Assembly (NCBI GenBank): GCA_000004695.1 | Contig: CM000155.2 | Span: forward strand, 3,488,001 to 3,552,000 | Length of the DNA stretch: 64,000 bases | Direction: 5' to 3' | Source: Dictyostelium discoideum | Taxonomy: Eukaryota | Part shown: one piece after another, positions 57,901 through 64,000 of the stretch | Position numbering within the stretch: position 1 is the first letter of the stretch | Layout: each line of letters starts with the position of its first letter | Notes under the pieces: model-generated | Told to the model about the DNA's origin: nothing | Database searches by the model: none | The model's input: only the letters and a program-made list of their open reading frames with translations | Position numbers and translations under genes: made by a program

Positions 57901-60900
57901 TTTCTCTTTTGAATAGGTTGTTGATAATGGTACCCATTCATCAATGAATTGACGATGTAGTTGTGCATTGGCTCTCATTTGATCCATTGAAATTCCATAA
58001 CGTTTTAAGATTTCAGCAGCTTCATTTGCATCATCCTCTAATAGGGATAAACTTTCAGATGAGAAATTTAAAAGATCTGAACTATCGACACCTGGTACAC
58101 TTGTGATAGTAATATCACCAACGGTTGAATGTGGAGGAAATCTTTCAATTAATTTATTTACAATCTCTTGATGTTCACGATTATTAGTTTCATCAAAATC
58201 CAATACACCATTACCAATGAATTGTTGTGCTAAATATTTTCTAATTGCTATATCTTGATGATGTTTTGAATTTGGTTTGAAACCATTCCATGTTAATCTT
58301 GCAACCAATTGACCCTCTTCATCCAATGACATTGAAACCTCCTCCATATGACCTGATAAAATTAAGAAAGCTCTCATTACCCAAGCAAAACGTACATCTG
58401 GTGGTGGTTTTTCATTATCATCACCTTTATAAACTCCAAACATATGTATACGTAATTCAGTTTCTTTTGGTAAATTCTTTACTAATGGATTTAATTTAAT
58501 TGCTTCTTTTGCACTCTCTGGTATTTCAATTGTCATTGGAAAAACTACTGATCTATTAACTTGTTCACCACCTAATGTTACTTTTTTCTCTGCCCAATTA
58601 CTCCAAACTGTACTATGACATGATGAAGTTAATGTTGATAAATTTGATGACGATGATAATGATGATGGAATATTATTAATATTAATACCACTACTACCAC
58701 CACCACCTCTTCTCCAACCATTAATTAATGGTGAAGGTATACCAATTGTACCAAGAATTTGACACATTTTTGAAACATGTAAACAAACAATACCACCAGT
58801 AACTTGAATATATTGTTTCATATATTTTGAAAAATTATTTGAATGAGTTGAACCACAAAATTTATTTAATAAACTATTTGAATCATTTGGATCAGGATTT
58901 GTAAATTGATTTGCAGCCCAATTTTCCCATTCACCAATTGAAGGGAATTGCCATTGTTTATTTGAGATTTCAATCATCATTTGAATGATTTGTTGATGAA
59001 GATGTGATGGTATACCAATCATTGAAAGTTTTCTTGAATCTTGATGAGTTACAACAAACAATTTGAATAACAAATCTTTTGGAATACAATAGCCAGCTGT
59101 TGGTCCAGCGGAAAAGGATTCGTTTTCTTTACCCAATGCAATTGAAAGACCACCACGTTGATTGAATTGATATGATAAATCTTCTATATCCCCAACTGAT
59201 AAACGTTCGACAAACAATGCTTGTACATTTCTAACTGATCTAATCAATGCAGTATTTTGATTTTCACTAACTTTTAAATTCTCTGCAGTAGTGATAGTAC
59301 GAATTATTGGATTATAATTAATTAAAGAATAGAAACGATAAGCATGTTTTGCACAAAGTGGATCAGTTACACCAAGAAATTGAGGCCAAGTTTCAACTGA
59401 TTTTCTTTCATCTTTACCAAGGTTAACTCTTGATGGACCATAAATGAAATGATAACGTTTTCTCATACCAGTTGGTCTAATTTCACCACCATTTTCACCG
59501 TCACTACCTCCACCACCACCACCACCAATTACAGCACCACAACTAAAGGCAAACAATGGATTATTCAATTGATTTAATAAACCATTCTCAGATATTACTG
59601 ATCTTCTTGCTGTTGTTAATGATAATACTGAATGATTTCTATAATATTTCTCTAAACGTTTTAATATAAATAACTCTGGTTTCTTTTTATCAATAATCTC
59701 TAATGCTCTATATCTTGCTTCCCATTGAATAAAATATTTTAATTCATTCCTATATGGTTGTTTTGATTTAATAATAATTGAAATTTCTTCTTTTGATAAA
59801 TTTATAATATTACCACTACTACCACTACTACCACTACCAACACCATTTGGTGATAGAAAATCTTTTTCATTTTTATTTTGTTGATAAATTGTTTCAATAC
59901 CTAAATCTTGAAATTCTTTATAATATTTTGAATTATTTAAAATTTCTAAAACAGTTTTTGGTTCAGATTTAAGTCTTTCTTCTAAATTAAAGTTTATAGA
60001 ATTTTCAGATGATGATGATAATGAATCATCAATTTTTTCTAATTCAAATAAAATTAATAATAATGAAACTTGTTTTTGAATTATTAAATGATCAGAAACA
60101 ATTGAAGAGATTGCACGTTGATGAGATATTTTCAAATGATTTTGACGTTGTTCAACTATTGGTTGATAATTAAATTCATTGATAACTTTACAACCAACTA
60201 AATAGAGATCATTTTGATATTGATTTAATTTCTTTTCAACCAATTGTGGTAGACCATTATAATGTTCAATGATATTATTTAAACACATTTCTTCCTCTAG
60301 TACAGCTTGAATAAAACTTTCAACCAAACCTGGTGCCTCGGTAGTTAATAAATGAAAACCTGGTAAATTTCTTTGCTTCTTTAATGAATAATATTGCAAT
60401 TGTGATAATTTGATTGGATTGTTATCTTTTAATGATGATAAATTGAATTTCTTTGATTTTTCAATTATTTCCAATTCTTTTGATTGAATTAATTGTTTTA
60501 ATGATTCAATACGTGTTATGAATTTAGATTGTTTCCAATTTTCAAAGATGTTTGATTCAACTTGTTCATAAAGATTGTTCTCTTGATATTCTTGTTCTAA
60601 TTGGCATGCCAATTTAATGATATCATCTTTTTGATTGATTAATAGCTTTCTGTAGATTTGTTCAAATTCAAAGATTCCCAAATTGTCTTGATAGAGTTTA
60701 AATGATTGTTCCAATAGAGTTGTTGAATGTTTAACTAATAACTCCCTTGCCAATGATAAATGTTCAGTTAACATTGTGATTTTAATATTCTTTGACCAAG
60801 GATCAGCCAAAGATCTTATAGTTTGTTCAAGACCTTCTTGATCGACTTCAAAAACCGTTTCACTTTTACCATCGTCAGTGATATGAGTTCTTTCATAGAT

Positions 60901-62274
60901 GAATAAAGGTACTGCTTCAATTAGGTCTGTAGAATGTTCAACCCAACAATTTGAAGGAGACATATGAATATTTTCACCACCAATTCTAATTAACTTTTGA
61001 AGTGATTCCTCTTGTTCTGGTTTTGGTTCAAGATCATTTGTTCTAAATCTTTCAGAACCTGATAAACTTGGACGTTGTAATAGTACTGAATAACCAGTTG
61101 ATTCCTTTCTAGCAGATAGTATCTCTTGTTCCAATAATTGAACATCTTTCCAAACTTTACCATAACCTCTAGCGAATAAATCATCAACAATTCTATAAAC
61201 CATTTGGTAATAGTAATAATAATGTTGTTGTTGTTGATTTGATTGTTGATTACTATGTGATGAAATTAATAATGATCTAGTTGAACCTTCACCATGAAAA
61301 TTTATAAATTTTGAATAATGATCATCAATAATTTGATAACATTTACCATAAACAATAGTAATTGTTTCTTTTAATTGAATGATTGCACCTTGAATTTGTG
61401 TGATTGAAATTACTTTTTTTGAAGAAATACTTTGAAATCTACCACTTGTTGCTAATAAATGTTTTAATGTTTCTGATAATTTTAATTTTAATTCATTCAT
61501 ACTACTATTATTACTATTATTATTATTATTAATTTGTTGTTGTTGATCAAATTGTTTTAAAAAGTAATTTAAAGATATTAAATTTTTAATTTGAAAAATT
61601 AAAGTTTTAATTGATTGAGAAACTTTTATCATTGAAGAAGCCGCGAATAGAGTAGCTTGATTCGAGAATGCTCTTGATTCTCTACCACAAACTATTATCT
61701 TATCCCAATTATTTGGAAAACCTGGTGAATTTATTGAATCACGAATTTCATTTGCTAATTGAATTGAATTCCTTTCTTCAACTGATGAATTAAATCTTTT
61801 AATAACTTGATAAGTTGATTCTCTTCTTTCTGCAATATCTTCAATTAATAATGATCTCTTTAATGATTGTCTATCATAACAATAATCAATCTTTAATGAT
61901 TTTAAATACCAAGATACTCTTGAATCACGTTTATTTATAACATTTTCAATTAATTGATTAATTAATTTTTCATTATCATCATTATTATTATTATCACTGT
62001 TATTATTATTTAAAAGTAACCATTCTTCTAATTCAATTGTATTTAATGTTTGAGAAATTTTTAATTTTTCAAATAATTCAATTGATTCTTGATTAATTGT
62101 TTTAATTGATTCAATATAATCGATGAATAAATTATTTGAATCTAATAATCCATTTGAAATTTGTAATGCTTTTATTAAACAAAGGTAATCTTGTTGAGTC
62201 ATTGATAAAACATAACTTGTTAATTTATGTAAAACAATTCTATGAATTATATTCTTTGGTTTAATTTCAACATC

Positions 62275-62349
<75 letters not shown>

Positions 62350-62826
62350 TGAAATTTCATTTGTAATTATTAACCAATATAAAATTGAAACACTAAATAA
62401 TATTGAAATTTGATATTCAATCACTTGTGAACTACTACCATCTTCTTTACATTTATTTATAAATAATTTTAATAAATCATAATTTGTTATTAAATTATTT
62501 TCATTATTAATTTCATCAAAACTATTATTATTATTATTATTGGTAAAAGTAAATGATGATAAATAACCATGATTTTCATTAAAATTAATTGTTAAATTAT
62601 TTAAATGATTATATTTATTAAAAATTGTTGGATAATTATAATTTAAAAAGTTTATTGATTTTAATAATGCTTTGGTTAATTGATGATTTTTATTTGATTC
62701 TTCCAAGATGTAATCAAAACTATTACTATTATGAATTGAATTAAAATCAATATCAGTTAAACATGTTGAATCTGATGATTTTGTTAATTTAAATGGCGTT
62801 GAATTGGTATCAATGCTTAATTTCAA
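49923..62826 (-). CDS. Giant multidomain protein of at least 4,270 codons in this window, with the 5' end unresolved. At least two exons: ...62826..53646 and 53563..49923, joined across an 82-nt phase-1 intron 53645..53564. It contains two ATP-grasp-like modules and a C-terminal GHMP-kinase domain.
   Basis: The track shows two ORFs 45 bp apart on the same strand: 53638..62826 ending ...VVFNGN* and 49923..53591 starting at a TTG. The first ORF's stop lies inside a GTAATT donor (AAT G|GTAATT at 53645). The second ORF is preceded by TATTATTTAG| (acceptor at 53564), which restores the frame as ...VVFNG-D-DPKEFIEKCIEKC.... ATP-grasp motifs in the upstream part: PIIIVKGAAESGARNL (Lys loop), NVVIQRAIIASP, YGSVRLIL. 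In the downstream part: SIVKAGTVDE and PFILEANARPGSL (E-x-N motif). GHMP motif II is LPISGGVSSSSALTGACILCLN and motif III is LRISAAGLGGTVCVHT near the C-terminus. There is no in-frame ATG near 62826, so the first exon probably lies upstream, somewhere in 62900..63400. Confidence 0.68.
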
Positions 62827-63660
62827 TTTAGTTTCACCATACGTTCTTTTGGTTATCTCAATACAATTTGATTTTTTATTATCTTCATTTTGAACTATTA
62901 AATTATTTGAATAATCAACTATTCCAATAATACCAATTGATTGATTATAATAATATAAATCTTTTTCCTTATTATTTTATTTTATTATATTAGTAAATAA
63001 TTTTAAAAATGAATAATAATAAATTTTTACATATAAAAAACATTAAAGCTGACACCAGTGGTGTGACTGTGTCAGAAAAAAAAAAAATTTTAAAAAGTTC
63101 GCAACTCGCACAAAAAAAAAATAAAAAGAAATAACATTCACACACAAAAAAAAAGATCGGAGGAAACCATCTGCGAAACTGTTTTTTATATGTACTTCTT
63201 TTTTAAGTAATCCTTGAAAAAATAGTAAAAAAAAAAATTTAAAAATGAAATAACACCTGTTTTTGAAATTTAAAAAAAAAAAACAAAAAACCATATAAAA
63301 ACAGACCCAATTACTGCATTTTTCGAACAAATTTTTTTTTTGGTGAATTATAATTAAATCAACTATTCACAGAAAGGTCCAATAATAATAACTATTATTT
63401 AGTGAATCTTACATTCAAATCTAGGGATTTATAAATATTATTTGAATTTTCATTCTTGATCATCTTGGTTATTTATTTTTGTTTTTTTTAATTTTTTTTT
63501 ATTTTTTTTTTTTATTTTTATTTTTTTTTTTATTTATTTTTTTTTTATTATCTAGAAGATAAAAAATTTAATATAATTAATTTTATTTTTTTTAAAAATT
63601 TTATTTTTTTTTTTTAAATAAGATAGATAGAGAGAGAGAAAAAAAAAATATTTGTGAGAA

Positions 63661-63691
<31 letters not shown>

Positions 63692-64000
63692 ATTTTATTA
63701 AATTTTTTTTTTTATTAAAAATTTTTTTATTTTATTTTTTATTTTTTATTTTTTTTTTATTAAATTCATTCACACCACACACTCTCACTCACATCTTTTA
63801 AAACATTTCATATGGTGTTTTATTTTTTTAATTTTTTTTTTTTTTTTTTTTTTTTTCGAAAGATATTTACAAAACAATTAAACAATCATTTTATAATTTT
63901 TTTATTTATTAATAGTAATAATTGGTCAAAATAAAAAAAAATTAATTTATTACAGAAGATAAAATTTTTTAGTTGTGCAATCAAGAATTAAAATTTAAAA

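Noticed and set aside
63043-63330. 95-aa minus-strand ORF upstream of the giant gene, as its candidate first exon
   Set aside because: It starts at a TTG and has a poly-F/K composition. A tentative ATGTTTTTTATAT|GTAAAAAT donor at about 63030 is out of phase with the acceptor candidates near 62905. I could not build a consistent first exon, so the 5' end is left unresolved.

Overview
This window is nuclear genomic DNA from a dictyostelid amoeba, almost certainly Dictyostelium discoideum. The evidence is about 78% A+T, intergenic and intron sequence that is nearly pure A/T homopolymer, coding (AAT)n and (CAA)n tracts giving poly-Asn and poly-Gln, short AT-rich GTAAGT...(T)nAG introns, and FNIP-repeat and Rho-GEF gene families. 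It is not prokaryotic: there are no operons and no CRISPR. I reconstruct 15 protein-coding genes and one tRNA:
- an RRM protein
- a three-repeat Myb of 1230 aa, most likely mybA
- two Dbl-homology Rho-GEFs flanking an FNIP-repeat gene
- a DHHC palmitoyltransferase
- a STE20-family kinase
- coactosin
- a two-pass membrane protein
- a MYRF/MrfA-type membrane-tethered transcription factor (NDT80 domain, peptidase S74 domain, TM)
- Sec15 (exocyst)
- an RsfS/MALSU1 ribosome-silencing-factor homologue
- tRNA-Ile(AAU) with Pol III terminator and a downstream B-box-like hairpin
- a secreted N-glycosylated Cys-rich protein
- a giant gene (>4,200 codons) that joins two track ORFs across an 82-nt intron; it encodes tandem ATP-grasp-like modules followed by a GHMP-kinase domain, which is the most novel-looking item in the window.
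Several gene models differ from the ORF track. Many track ORFs begin at TTG rather than ATG, and several of its stop codons lie just inside GT-AG introns. All splice sites were placed by eye from GT/AG signals and reading-frame continuity, and none is confirmed by cDNA.
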